A stretch of DNA of 64,000 nt from an uncultured Planctomycetota bacterium (GCA_963841915.1 CAWJEN010000006.1:1681384-1745383), one strand, 5' to 3'. Positions 9,658 through 20,196 are shown, counted from the first letter of the stretch. Numbers and translations are program-made. The notes: a model not told the origin generated them from the sequence alone.

Positions 9658-11007
9658 ATGTCGGACGATATCGAGCAACCCGCAGAGCCGTGGCTGTTCT
9701 CGGGCACACCTGAGAAGCGGCTTGTGTTCTTCACCGACACGATGCGGGCGATCAGCCGCCACCGGGACCCGCAGCAACTCGTAGCCGACTACTACCGGCG
9801 GATGTATGCCGCGTTTCCGACGGACGGTTATCTGTCGCTGAGCCGCCGCCACCTGCCGCCGCCTCAGTACCGCGTCACTCGCAGCAGCCTGTGGGGCATC
9901 GATTTCAACCCGTGGACGCAGGGCAGCCAGAAGCCCGTCCACGACCACGGCCTATTGGGCGAACTGCTGTACGCCGAGCAGCCGGTGATCATCGATGACC
10001 TGACCACGCGGCTAAGTGCTGACGATCCGGGCATGCCGTTCTTCGAGGGGCAGCGGTCGCTCCTGGCGGTGCCGATGTTCGATGAGGGCGAGGCAATCAA
10101 CATGGTCGTCTTCCTGAGAAAGCAGGCCGACGCGTTCGAGAATAAGTACTTGCCGGACCAGGTTTGGGTCAGCAACCTGTTCGGCCGGGCGACGAACAAC
10201 CTTGTCCTTCGGCAGCAAGTCGCCCGCACGAACAAGCGGCTGCAAAAGGAGATGGAGGCCGTCGGCCAGATCCAGCGGTCGCTGCTGCCCGAACGGCTGC
10301 CTGAGGTGCCCGGCATCAAGCTCGCCGCCTACTACGAGGCCAGCACGCAAGCGGGTGGCGACTACTATGACTTCTTCGAGCTGCCCAACGGCAAGCTCGG
10401 CATCCTGATGGCGGACGTCAGCGGTCACGGCACACCTGCCGCCGTGCTGATGGCCGTCGTGCACGCCATTGCACACGCCATCGAGGATCCGCCGCTCCCC
10501 GATCCCCCCGGTCGGCTGATGGCCCACCTCAATCGCCACCTGTGCGAGCGATACACGAAGAAGGGCGGCACCTTCGTCACCGCCTGGTATGGCGTGCTTG
10601 ATCCCAAGACGCGGCTGCTCCGCTACGCCAACGCCGGTCACCCGACGCCGCGGCTCAAGCACGACAACACGCGTACTGACGGCAAAGCTGGCCAGGCGGT
10701 TCCACTCGGAGACGGTGCACGCGCCCGCAGCCTGCCGCTCGGCATCGACCCGCACGAGACCTTTCCCGACGACGAGACGACGCTCGAAGCGGGGGATGTG
10801 CTCATCGCATACACCGATGGTTTCAGCGAGGCTCGCGGGCATGGCAGCCGGGAGATGTGGGGCACCGACGGGCTCGACGAAGCGCTGGTCGCGTGTCGCT
10901 GCTCGCCCAAGCCATTGCTCGAAGACCTTGTCGCCCGCTTGGCCGGCTACACCGGTGGCGAGCCAGCAGACGATGATCGGACGGCTGTCGTCGCAAAAAT
11001 CGCTTGA
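9658..11007 (+). CDS. PP2C/SpoIIE (RsbU-like) phosphatase with GAF-like N-terminus
   Basis: IQRSLLP, GGDYYDF, ADVSGHG, NAGH, YTDG and DDRT. Confidence 0.9.
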   Translation: MSDDIEQPAEPWLFSGTPEKRLVFFTDTMRAISRHRDPQQLVADYYRRMYAAFPTDGYLSLSRRHLPPPQYRVTRSSLWGIDFNPWTQGSQKPVHDHGLLGELLYAEQPVIIDDLTTRLSADDPGMPFFEGQRSLLAVPMFDEGEAINMVVFLRKQADAFENKYLPDQVWVSNLFGRATNNLVLRQQVARTNKRLQKEMEAVGQIQRSLLPERLPEVPGIKLAAYYEASTQAGGDYYDFFELPNGKLGILMADVSGHGTPAAVLMAVVHAIAHAIEDPPLPDPPGRLMAHLNRHLCERYTKKGGTFVTAWYGVLDPKTRLLRYANAGHPTPRLKHDNTRTDGKAGQAVPLGDGARARSLPLGIDPHETFPDDETTLEAGDVLIAYTDGFSEARGHGSREMWGTDGLDEALVACRCSPKPLLEDLVARLAGYTGGEPADDDRTAVVAKIA

Positions 11008-11020
11008 ATCTGAACACCGT

Positions 11021-11788
11021 TCAGGTCGCGACTGCGAGTCGCGTTTCCATCGTCTCGACCGCTGCAAGCCACCTGGGCGCGATGTTCGGCCCACCGGGTA
11101 GCACCCGCTTGTTCAGCGTGCCGGCATGATCAACAGGCCAGTGATCGAGCACCTCGCCCCAACGGCTCGAGTGCTTGGAGACGAGGCCATCGTTTGCTCC
11201 TTCTTCGCGCTCGATGATGCCGCCGCTGAAACGGAATAACGGGTTCATGGCGGCAACAGGCGCTGCCGTCGTGACGCTGAAATACCGCACCTCCGGCACG
11301 TCGCGTGTTGCAAGATTGAACCGCCTGGCCGCGTCGCGGGTGAGCGCCTGACCGGCATCGACGTCAAGTCCAAACTGCTGCAGACGGGTGTAAATGCCCG
11401 CCTGGTCCTGCAAATGTGTCATGCAGTAGTCGGCGAAGCTCGTGCCGCGATGCGGCGTGGCGACGGTGAGCAGCGCGTCGACGCCGTGCCTGCCGAGGTG
11501 TGTGAGCAGATGCCGACAGTCGAGCCCACCCATGCTGTGACCGATCAGCAGGCAACGCTCTTTGTCGGCGACGTGTTCATCGAGAAAGCGTGCGATCTGC
11601 AGCGCCCGACGCTCGATGCCAGCCAGCGGGTGCGTGGGCGGACACAGCACACGGTGGCCGTTCGTCTCGAGCAGTTCCTTGACGCCGTTGAAGTAACGAA
11701 CACCCGGCAGGGCGAACGGGCCGAACCCTTTGGCTGCGATGTCGAAGAAGCGGCCGAAGAAGCCCTGGCACAGCACGATTGTCGACAC
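11021..11788 (-). CDS. Alpha/beta hydrolase, lipase-like
   Basis: GHSMGG nucleophile elbow, TPHRG, NDGLV and DH. Confidence 0.85.
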   Translation of the reverse strand: MSTIVLCQGFFGRFFDIAAKGFGPFALPGVRYFNGVKELLETNGHRVLCPPTHPLAGIERRALQIARFLDEHVADKERCLLIGHSMGGLDCRHLLTHLGRHGVDALLTVATPHRGTSFADYCMTHLQDQAGIYTRLQQFGLDVDAGQALTRDAARRFNLATRDVPEVRYFSVTTAAPVAAMNPLFRFSGGIIEREEGANDGLVSKHSSRWGEVLDHWPVDHAGTLNKRVLPGGPNIAPRWLAAVETMETRLAVAT

Positions 11789-11856
11789 GACGGGAGCGTA
11801 TGACGCGTCCGTTGCTCCCGAGCGGCCGATGCCGTCGCGGCTGCTATCGTGCGGAC

Positions 11857-13311
11857 GTGCCGATTGCTTTGCCCGTGCTGACGGACCCGAATGCTCCTGA
11901 AAAGAAGGAGAAATGCGGCGTGTTCGGCGTGTGGGGCACGCCCGACGCCGCAGCGCTGACGTACACGGCACTCTTTGCCCAACAGCACCGTGGCCAGGAG
12001 TCAGCAGGCATAGCCGTCACCGACGGCAACGACCTTACCGGTCATGCCGACATGGGGCTCGTCAGCCAGGTTTTCCAGCCTGAGGTGCTCGACAAGCTCA
12101 GCGGCACGTCGGCCGTCGGGCACGTCCGCTACTCGACCACCGGTTCAAGCCAATGGTGCAACGCCCAGCCGCTCCTGCAACGCTTCCACCTCGGCCCGGT
12201 GGCGGTCGCACACAACGGCAACCTCATCAACGCCGGCCTGATCCGTCGGGAATATGAGGAAGACGGCGCAATCTTCCAGACGGCAACGGACACCGAGGTC
12301 ATCGTCCACATGCTCGCCCGCCCGCGGCACGCGGTTAAGCCGGATCCGCTAGGGCACGTGCTGAGCCATCTGCAGGGCGCGTTCAGCCTGATTTTCCTGT
12401 TCCCCGACCGCATCGAGGCCGCCCGCGATCCGTGGGGCATTCGCCCGCTGAGCCTCGGTAAAACGGCTGATGGGCAATGGGTCGTCGCCAGTGAGACGTG
12501 TGCTTTTGACGCCATCGGGGCGACTTTCGAGCGAGACCTGGAGCCGGGCGAGATTGTTCGAATCGACGACAACGGCGTAACGAGTCGTCGCTACGCGGAG
12601 GAGAATGTCGCCCGGGCACGCTGTGCGTTCGAACTCGTCTACTTCGCCAACCCGGCAAGCGTGATGTGGGGCCGAAACGTGCACCAGGCGCGCGAGGCGA
12701 TGGGACGACAACTGGCGAAGGAAGCACCGGCCGACGGTGCCGTGGCCGTCATGCCGATGCCCGACAGCGGTCGATCGGCAGCGCTCGGCTTTGCCAAGGA
12801 AAGCGGGCTGGAGTTCGAAGAAGCCATAGTGCCCAACCGCTTCGTCGGCCGCACGTTCATCCTGCCGAACCAAAAGCTGCGGGACCGCATGGTGTCGCTG
12901 AAGCTCAACATCATTGCTAGTCTGGTGAAAGACCGGGAGATCGTGGTGGTCGACGACAGCATCGTCCGCGGCACGACGACGCGATCGAAGATGCGGGCTT
13001 TGCGTCGTGCCGGCGCCAAGAAGATTCACCTGCGGATCAGCTGCCCGCCGATCCGCAATCCGTGCTTCTACGGGATCGACTTTGCCACCAAGAGCGAGCT
13101 CATCGCCGACGGGCGCACGGTGGATGAAATACGCGATTTTCTGGAGATCGACTCACTGGCGTACCTCTCGCTCGACGGCATGCTCGAAGCTGCGGGCATG
13201 AGCCGGGAAACGGCCTGCTCGGCCTGCTGGACCGGCGAATACAAGGTGCCCGTCGACGAGACCTACGGCAAGTTCAACTTCGAACGGCGGCAGCTCCGCA
13301 TGTTCCGCTGA
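11857..13311 (+). CDS. purF: Amidophosphoribosyltransferase
   Basis: propeptide-CGVFG, QHRGQES, GHVRYST, HNGNL, VDDSIVRGTT and Fe-S cysteines. Confidence 0.97.
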   Translation: MPIALPVLTDPNAPEKKEKCGVFGVWGTPDAAALTYTALFAQQHRGQESAGIAVTDGNDLTGHADMGLVSQVFQPEVLDKLSGTSAVGHVRYSTTGSSQWCNAQPLLQRFHLGPVAVAHNGNLINAGLIRREYEEDGAIFQTATDTEVIVHMLARPRHAVKPDPLGHVLSHLQGAFSLIFLFPDRIEAARDPWGIRPLSLGKTADGQWVVASETCAFDAIGATFERDLEPGEIVRIDDNGVTSRRYAEENVARARCAFELVYFANPASVMWGRNVHQAREAMGRQLAKEAPADGAVAVMPMPDSGRSAALGFAKESGLEFEEAIVPNRFVGRTFILPNQKLRDRMVSLKLNIIASLVKDREIVVVDDSIVRGTTTRSKMRALRRAGAKKIHLRISCPPIRNPCFYGIDFATKSELIADGRTVDEIRDFLEIDSLAYLSLDGMLEAAGMSRETACSACWTGEYKVPVDETYGKFNFERRQLRMFR

Positions 13312-13335
13312 GCAACGTGGCGTGTAAGGTCGGTG

Positions 13336-14259
13336 ATGCCTCAAGCCGCCGATCTTGTCGAAGCTGCCATCCGTGCCGTCGCAGAAGCCGCCAAGGTGTG
13401 CGAGCGGGTCCGCCGTGACACGACAGGCGGCGAGTCGCACGCCAAGGACGACCGATCACCCGTGACGGCAGCAGACTTCGCCAGCCAGGTCATTGTCGCG
13501 CGGTCGCTTGCAGACACGGGATTCGTCATTGTCGCAGAGGAAGAAGCGAGCGATTTCAAGCAGGCCGATGAAGCCATTCGTCGTCGCGTGTGCGACGTAA
13601 CGGGTGAAACGGAGCAAAATGTGGCCGAGCTGCTCCGGGCCGGTGGCGGTGAGCCGGCCGGTACGTATTGGGTGCTCGACCCAATCGACGGCACAAAGGG
13701 CTTTCTCCGCGGCGGGCAATACGCCGTTGCCCTGGCACTCATCGAAGACGGCAAACCCACGCTCGGCGTGCTCGGGTGCCCCAAGTGGGACATCGGTCGC
13801 ATCTTCGTCGGTGTACCGGGTGACGGCGCGTACAGCTGCACTGTCGCCCGACCTGACTATCGACAAAGCATCACAGCTGTCGGTCAAAATGAGGTGGTTC
13901 GCCTCGTCGAGAGCGTCGAGTCGGGGCACAGCAATCACGATGATTCGGCACGCATCGCCGACGCCATCGGCGTGACCGACGAGCCGCTTCGGATGGACAG
14001 TCAGGCCAAGTACGCAGCTGTCGCGTGTGGCGAGGCTGATCTCTACCTGCGTTTGCCCACCAAGGCGGGGTACGAGGAGAAGGTCTGGGATCACGCAGCA
14101 GGCCAGGCGGTGGTCGAAGCGGCCGGTGGTCGCGTGACGGATCTGGACGGCAAACCGCTTGATTTCACGCAAGGCCGCACGCTTTCTGCCAATCGAGGCA
14201 TCGTCGCCTCCAACGGCAAAGCGTTGCACGACGAGGCCCTCAAGGCAGCTCGTCGCTAA
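13336..14259 (+). CDS. 3'(2'),5'-bisphosphate nucleotidase (HAL2/CysQ-like)
   Basis: SPVTAAD, LDPIDGTKGF, DSQAKY and EKVWDHAAG. Confidence 0.9.
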   Translation: MPQAADLVEAAIRAVAEAAKVCERVRRDTTGGESHAKDDRSPVTAADFASQVIVARSLADTGFVIVAEEEASDFKQADEAIRRRVCDVTGETEQNVAELLRAGGGEPAGTYWVLDPIDGTKGFLRGGQYAVALALIEDGKPTLGVLGCPKWDIGRIFVGVPGDGAYSCTVARPDYRQSITAVGQNEVVRLVESVESGHSNHDDSARIADAIGVTDEPLRMDSQAKYAAVACGEADLYLRLPTKAGYEEKVWDHAAGQAVVEAAGGRVTDLDGKPLDFTQGRTLSANRGIVASNGKALHDEALKAARR

Positions 14260-15975
14260 GCCGTGTGGACGACCATCTCGTTGAGCACGCGGTGCAGGTC
14301 GCTGACGCAGACGCTGCCTTCGCCCACGGCGGAGGCGACACGCTTGACGCTGCCAGACCGTATGTCGCCAACGGCAAAGACGCCTGGAAAGCTCGTCTCC
14401 AGCGGGTTGGGCATGCGGTCCAAGGGCCAAGGCTGGCAGCCCGTGTCGTCGTCGCCCTGCGTGACGCTCGTACCTGTCTCGACGAAGCCTCGGTTGTCGA
14501 GGCGGAGCGTGCCTCTGAGCCAGTCGCTGTTGGGCCTGGCACCAATCATAAGAAAGACGTGCCGAATCGGGTGCTGCTTCGGCTCCTTGCCATCGGTTCG
14601 GCACGTGACCGTGCTCAGCCATTCGTCGCCGTCGAGGCCGACGATCTCGCTGTGGGTGCGAAGCTCGATCTTGTCGCTGGCCTCAATCCGCTGGATGAGG
14701 TAGTCACTCATGGACTCGGCCAGCCCGTCGCCGCGGACGAGCATGTGCACTTTCTTGGCCCGCTGGGACAGATACACTGCCGCCTGTCCGGCGCTGTTGC
14801 CACCACCGACGACGGCGATCTCCTCATTTTTGCAAAGATCCGCTTCGACGCTGGTGGCGGCGTAGTGGATACCGCTGCCTTCGAACTGGTTGAAGTTGTC
14901 GAGGTCGAGTTTTCTCCACGTGGCACCGCAGGCGATGATGACGCCGCGTGTGCGGCACGGGTGCGCCGTTGTCCAGGTGAATCTTGTACCCGCCGAAGCC
15001 GGCGTCGCACGGCTCGAGGTGCTTGACGAGCCTGGGCACGACAAGCGTCGCCCCGAACTTCTGCGCCTGGTGCTCCGCCCGCGCTGCCAGCTCCCAACCG
15101 CTCACACCGGTTGGAAATCCCAGATAATTCTCAATTCTGCTGCTCGTGCCCGCCTGACCGCCGGGCGCTTCGCTTTCGATGACAAGCGTCTTGAGCCCCT
15201 CGCTGGCGGCGTAAACTGCACCGGCCAAACCGGCAGGGCCTGCGCCAATGACCGTCACGTCATACTGCAGGTCCGTCTCCGGCTCTTCGGTCAGTCCCAA
15301 ACACCCGGCAAGCGACGCGAGGTCCGGCTTCTTGAGTATGTGCTCATCGCTGCAAACGACCAGCGGCACGTCGTCTTCCGTTCCGCCCCACTGCTTCAGC
15401 GTCTGGCGGGCAGCGTCTTCAGTTTCAGGATCGTCGAGGTGTAACGGCTTGATCGGGTAGCCGTTTCGGCGAAGAAACCGCTCGATTTTCAGCGTTTCCG
15501 AGGAGTTCCGTCGCCCGACCATGACGACGCCGCCTTGCTCGTTGTCGATGAGGCCGAGCCTGCGGAGGATGAACGCTCGCATGACGATCTGCCCGATATC
15601 GGGCTCGCTCGACAGCAAGCGGGCGAATCGATGCCGCGGGACGCGTAGCACGCGACCCTGCTTGGCGTCGTTCTTGAGGCGGCCGTGGACGAGGATCTTG
15701 CGTCCGCTGAAAAGGTCCAGCTCACCTGTGAAGCCGTGCTTTTCGTGCACGTGAATGGCCTGCGGGTTGCCATCGTCATCGCAAACGCCGTCGTCGTAGA
15801 TTTCGACGCGACCGTCGAGAACGATGAAGAAGTCGACGCTCCTTTGCCCGCGTTCGAACAGGAGCGTGCCGTCGTCGAGCGACTCGATGTCGCCGAAGGC
15901 TGTTGCCCGCTCGACCTGATCATCGGAGAGGCGAGGGAACGCCGACCGGTCGTCGCGCGTGGCAGCAGTTGGCAT
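14256..15975 (-). CDS. Cyclic-nucleotide-binding domain + thioredoxin-reductase-like FAD oxidoreductase (frameshift near 14955)
   Basis: cNMP domain (FTGELD), GAGPAG, IENYLGFPTG; continues in a second frame with GGGNSA and GVFAVGD. Confidence 0.87.
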
Positions 15976-16051
15976 ACCCAATCCTATTCGACGCTTTGTC
16001 TGTCGCGCCGCGGCGGCCAAGTGGGGTGGCGGTTTGATGGCGGGGGCAGAA

Positions 16052-16067
16052 TGTTCCACGTGGAACA
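16052..16067. promoter_or_regulatory. parS-type site TGTTCCACGTGGAACA
   Basis: Perfect 16-bp palindrome matching the ParB/Spo0J parS consensus. Confidence 0.85.
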
Positions 16068-16124
16068 TTGGCCGACCCTGCTGGCGCGTCGGCAGCAGGG
16101 TTTCGAGTCCTCGCAAGCACGCGA

Positions 16125-16140
16125 TGTTCCACGTAGAACA
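16125..16140. promoter_or_regulatory. parS-type site TGTTCCACGTAGAACA
   Basis: 15/16 match to the palindrome 73 bp upstream. Confidence 0.75.
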
Positions 16141-16291
16141 CTCGGCCGCGACGCAAAACTACATCGGCGGGTCGTCGCCAGCCGGATGCTGTGCAGGCTC
16201 AGCCGTCGCCAAAGTGCGGACGCCAGACGGCATGCAGCGGGCACCCTCAGACGCGGCGGCGCAAAACCGCGTTGCGCCGCCGCGGCCGCCT

Positions 16292-17311
16292 TTAATCAAT
16301 GGCGAATCGTGTGGCAAAGTCGATCGGGATCACGAACTGACTCGCCGTCGGCCCCTCGCCGTCTGTCAAAAAAGTGTCGCGGAAGGGTGAGTACGTCTCG
16401 ACCTTCACCTCACCGGCTGCAACGTCGAAGGTCATGATCCGCAAGAACCCCTCGCCACCCGTCGGGCTGTCGTTGGGTCGCCAATCCTGGAACGTGGTCA
16501 TGAGGCGGTGGACCGCCAGCCCGTTGTCGGTCGTCGACGTGTGTCGCCACTCGCCGTCGCCGTTGACCTTGTTGGGCCCGAAGTGGTTGTGCCCGCTCAG
16601 CACGAGAAAGACCTGGTCGTTCGTGCGGAGCAGGTCATCGAAGAGCAGCACGCCTGGCGCCGTCACGCCGCCGTCTCGGCCGTGCTTGTCGTTGTCGCGA
16701 AGGTCTTCGTGCGTCGTGATGATGGTCGGCAGACCCGGGTGCGCGTCAATCACCGTCTGCGCCCACTCGAGGATGCCCAAATCAGGGTCAGTGTCGAAGT
16801 CGTGCCGCCATTCGAGCGCCAGGTGCAGGAACGTCAGCCCGCCACCGTCGAAGGTCTGCCACGAGTTACCGTGTCGCCCCGGCATCGACCCGCCGTACCA
16901 GTCGCGACCCTCAAACCGCTCGGGCCCGAAGACGGCAAGGTAGCTGTCGAGGTTCGTCGAGCGTCTGCCAGTCCTTGCCCAATCGTGATTGCCCGGCAGG
17001 ATTCCGTACGGCACGTTTGCGTCGTCGAGCAGCTTCATGCACCGATCGGCATGACGCCACTGCTTGTCGTCGCCGCCCCCGTCGACCACATCGCCGACGT
17101 GCGAGACGAACCTGATGTCGAGGTCGGCAGCGTGGTCAACGATCCATTTCGTCTGAGCCTCGAAAACGTGCGGAAAGCCCCAGCTGTAGACCTGTGTATC
17201 GGGCAGCACGATCACGCGGAACGGCCCACGGTCCGGACGCGTCGTCTGCCCGAGCGCGCAGGACGTCGTGGACAGAATCAGGACAATGAAGCAGATCGCG
17301 ATTCGGTTCAT
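16292..17311 (-). CDS. Secreted calcineurin-like metallophosphoesterase
   Basis: Signal peptide; PDTQ, HVGDVVD, GNHD, TTH and SGHNH. Confidence 0.85.
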   Translation of the reverse strand: MNRIAICFIVLILSTTSCALGQTTRPDRGPFRVIVLPDTQVYSWGFPHVFEAQTKWIVDHAADLDIRFVSHVGDVVDGGGDDKQWRHADRCMKLLDDANVPYGILPGNHDWARTGRRSTNLDSYLAVFGPERFEGRDWYGGSMPGRHGNSWQTFDGGGLTFLHLALEWRHDFDTDPDLGILEWAQTVIDAHPGLPTIITTHEDLRDNDKHGRDGGVTAPGVLLFDDLLRTNDQVFLVLSGHNHFGPNKVNGDGEWRHTSTTDNGLAVHRLMTTFQDWRPNDSPTGGEGFLRIMTFDVAAGEVKVETYSPFRDTFLTDGEGPTASQFVIPIDFATRFAID

Positions 17312-17436
17312 GACGTATCCCTCGAGTTTCCAGACGTCTTCTCTCAGCAAAGCCACCACGTGGCTCTGCCCCTTTGAGAGCAACACGTTTCGCCAAAGAT
17401 AAAAGCACCACTTGACATGAGTGCCAGGCCTTGGGC

Positions 17437-18687
17437 TCACTCCTCGTAGATCGCCTGCACGGCGTCGGGCAGGACCTCCAGAACGCCTCGGCTGAACCAG
17501 TGGACGTGACCGCCAAGGTCGGCGTCGCGAATGTGGGCAATAACCTCCTTCAAGTCCTCCGCCGGCAGGTCCGGGCCGTCACCGACCAGGCGAATGCCCG
17601 GCAGCAGGCTGGCCAAGTCGCCGTCGCCCAGCTCGTTCATCGCCACGATCTGCTCGTCGATGCTCTTGATCGTCGCGGTCGCGTCCATGCGGTAGCACTG
17701 CGGCAGGAACTCGTCCCACAAAGGCTGACCGTCTGCCGTCTCCCAGTGCGTCCACTTGGGCCAATCGCAAGCGTAGTTGTCGAGCGACCACGGGAACGGA
17801 GCCGGGCTGACGCTCACGATCGTGTCGGGATGCTCTGCCTTGATCGCCTCTGCGTACCGCTTGGCGTACTCGCTGACCTTGTCGGCCCGCCATTGCACCC
17901 ACGCCGGGTCCCGCTCGTCTTCGGGCGGCATCGCACCGTCGTGCTCGCTGGCGTAAAGCTGCTTCGTGTAGTCGTCGTAGCCCATCTCCACCGGCATCGC
18001 GATGCGGTCATCAAGCTGCACGCCGTCGATGTCGGCATGGTCGAGCGCCTCGAGCGTGATGTCGATGAGCAACTGCTGCGGCCCCGGGTGCAGCGGGTTC
18101 ATCCAGACGAACGGGTTCTGCTTGCCGACCTCCTCGCCGTCTTTGGTAAGGGTCAGCCAGCCCTTGTCACGGGCAACGTCACGCAGCTCGTTGTTCGTGT
18201 CCTTGTGAGCGGCCATGAAGCCGTACTCGAGCCAGGCGATGACGCGCAGGTCGTTGGCATGCGCCTCTTGGACCGTCTCCGTCAGCAGGTCCCGCTGCAA
18301 CTCATCGGGCGTGTTGTTGATCTTCATCGAAACGCCGACGAGCTTCTCCATCGTCGGGCTCGGGTACTCGGTGTAGCCATTCTTCCAACACTCGACATAG
18401 ACGGTGTTGAGGCCGAGCTCCTTGAGCTTCGCCATCGAAGCGGCCGTGTCTTTTGGCGAGGACAAGGCCGTGTTGGCCGTCGTCGTCATCCAGGTGCCGC
18501 GGACCTCTGCCTTTTCCTCTGGCATCGCGTCCTGCGCGGACGTGCACGCGGCCGAGCTGAGTACAAGTGCCAAAGCGAAGGCAGCTGTCGACCACTGAAC
18601 GACCGATCGGGCTCCCGGTCCGATCCTTGCTCGAGGGTCTACAGCTACCTTGCTTTGGCAGGATCGTGGCGATTCAACTGGGGTCAT
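17437..18687 (-). CDS. Glycosyl hydrolase-like family 10 (GHL10; YddW/DigH-like), probable lipoprotein
   Basis: EVRGTWMTT, LNTVYVECW, WMNPLHP and DGVQLDD; SAAC lipobox-like; ATGA overlap with upstream gene. Start uncertain. Confidence 0.85.
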   Translation of the reverse strand: MTPVESPRSCQSKVAVDPRARIGPGARSVVQWSTAAFALALVLSSAACTSAQDAMPEEKAEVRGTWMTTTANTALSSPKDTAASMAKLKELGLNTVYVECWKNGYTEYPSPTMEKLVGVSMKINNTPDELQRDLLTETVQEAHANDLRVIAWLEYGFMAAHKDTNNELRDVARDKGWLTLTKDGEEVGKQNPFVWMNPLHPGPQQLLIDITLEALDHADIDGVQLDDRIAMPVEMGYDDYTKQLYASEHDGAMPPEDERDPAWVQWRADKVSEYAKRYAEAIKAEHPDTIVSVSPAPFPWSLDNYACDWPKWTHWETADGQPLWDEFLPQCYRMDATATIKSIDEQIVAMNELGDGDLASLLPGIRLVGDGPDLPAEDLKEVIAHIRDADLGGHVHWFSRGVLEVLPDAVQAIYEE

Positions 18688-20123
18688 GCTTGTTTTCTTC
18701 GGAGAAGCAGAAGGCCGATCGCGCCGACGATGCTCGTCGTCGCGGGTTCGGGGATAATCGTCAGCAGCCACGCATCCATCGCGACAGCCGCCGGGTCGGC
18801 GTTGCCGAAGGTCGCGCGGAGCAGGGCGAAATCGAGAATGTTGACAACGCCGTTGGTGTCGAAGTCTCCGTCTCGCCAGACGACGCCACTGTCGCGGCCG
18901 AAGTTGGCTCGAAGGGCGGCGAAGTCGAGAATGCTGACCACGCCGTCGCGGTTGGCGTCGCCGAGCAGCCCTGCGTTAATCAGCGGGTGGGCCGCATCAC
19001 CGCCGTTGGCGGCGTAGTAGTTTTTGACAAGACTCAGATAGCCGTCGGCATTGGTCAGGCCGTTGCTGTACCAGAAGCTGTGGCCGTAGGCGTCATCGGC
19101 ATCGAGCCGCTGGAGCATCTGGCGGATATCGTTCCAAGGCGTCGACGCGCCGGTTCCGAGAATGCGGAGGCCGGCCCCGAGTCGATCAAGTTCGTCACCG
19201 GACGTGTTCCGCTGGCGCTGCCACTCGAAGGCAAAGCTGTTGAAGTTGTCGCGGTACACCTGCGGCATGTACTCGTCGAACAGCTCCAGATCCGCCCATG
19301 CTTCCCAGTCAGCGGCGTAGTTGTTCAGGCTGAACGGGTAGACCGAAGGCGAGGCCGAGACGATGGCATCGGGCTCGGCGGCGCGGATCGCGCTCGTCAG
19401 TTCGACGGCAAACTCCGTGACCTTGTCGGCCCGCCATTGCACGAATTGCGAATCACGCGGGTTGCTCGGCAGGTTGCGGCCGGTCTCAGCCAGGTACGCG
19501 GCGCGGGTGGTGTCGTCGTAGCCGAACTCGACCGGCCAGGCGAGCCGGTCGTCGAACTGCACGCCGTCAAGGCCATACTGCCGAACGGCGTCGACGGAGA
19601 TGCCGACGAGAAATTCGCGGACCTCCGGAATCAGCGGGTTCATCCACGCGAAGCTGTTGGACGAGTTGATCGTCGCGCCGTTCTGGTCGGTCAGGAGCCA
19701 GTCGTTGTCACGGGCGTAGTTGCCGAACGGGGTGTTGGCGGCGGCAAAGCCGGCCGACAGGCCGTATTCCATCCACGCGACGTGGACCAGGCCTTGACTG
19801 CGAGCGCCGAGACTGGTCTCTGCCAGCAGGTCCCGTCCGCCCAAAAGTGGGTTGAGACTCGCGTTTTCGAAGCCCAGCAGGGCATCGAGAGTGGGCGATC
19901 GGAAGTTGGTGTAGCCGTTCTTCCAGGCCTCGACGTAGACGGTGTTGAGACCCGCGTCGGCGAGGCGGCCGAGCGTTGTATTGACGTTTCCGGCGGCAAG
20001 GTCGGTGCTGGCGGTGGTGGTGAGCCAGGTGGCGCGAACCTCGGGACTCGCGAGCTGCCCGGAAGCACCTGCGGTACCCAGGAGCAGGCAGGCGGCGGTG
20101 AGGGAGAGGCGAGGCAGCAACAT
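18684..20123 (-). CDS. GHL10 hydrolase with dockerin-like repeat and PEP-CTERM anchor
   Basis: Signal peptide; EVRATWLTT and DGVQFDD; GDANRDGVVSILDF..GDFDTNGVVNILDF; IPEP-TM-RRK. Confidence 0.87.
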   Translation of the reverse strand: MLLPRLSLTAACLLLGTAGASGQLASPEVRATWLTTTASTDLAAGNVNTTLGRLADAGLNTVYVEAWKNGYTNFRSPTLDALLGFENASLNPLLGGRDLLAETSLGARSQGLVHVAWMEYGLSAGFAAANTPFGNYARDNDWLLTDQNGATINSSNSFAWMNPLIPEVREFLVGISVDAVRQYGLDGVQFDDRLAWPVEFGYDDTTRAAYLAETGRNLPSNPRDSQFVQWRADKVTEFAVELTSAIRAAEPDAIVSASPSVYPFSLNNYAADWEAWADLELFDEYMPQVYRDNFNSFAFEWQRQRNTSGDELDRLGAGLRILGTGASTPWNDIRQMLQRLDADDAYGHSFWYSNGLTNADGYLSLVKNYYAANGGDAAHPLINAGLLGDANRDGVVSILDFAALRANFGRDSGVVWRDGDFDTNGVVNILDFALLRATFGNADPAAVAMDAWLLTIIPEPATTSIVGAIGLLLLRRKQA

Positions 20124-20180
20124 GTTTGTGAAAAGGTGCGCGGACGAACTACTGTCAATGGCAGAGACGGACGGCTCGTC

Positions 20181-20192
20181 ATCTTATATAAC
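20181..20192. promoter_or_regulatory. Candidate operator ATCTTATATAAC in divergent promoter
   Basis: AT-rich palindromic core that recurs at 21207 and 28865. Confidence 0.5.
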
Positions 20193-20196
20193 CATC

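Larger units (their letters stand above)
16004..16290. repeat. Dispersed ~280-bp element, copy A, with two parS-type palindromes
   Basis: Collinear shared blocks with 48860-49138, including a 32/33-nt identical block and an identical 16-mer CGCCGCCGCGGCCGCC. Confidence 0.7.

Noticed and set aside
16052..16140. Palindromic repeats as a CRISPR array or LexA boxes
   Set aside because: Only two units per site with 51-57 nt gaps and no cas genes. The TGTTC..GAACA spacer is 6 nt with a fixed CACGTG core, which fits parS better than an N4 SOS box.
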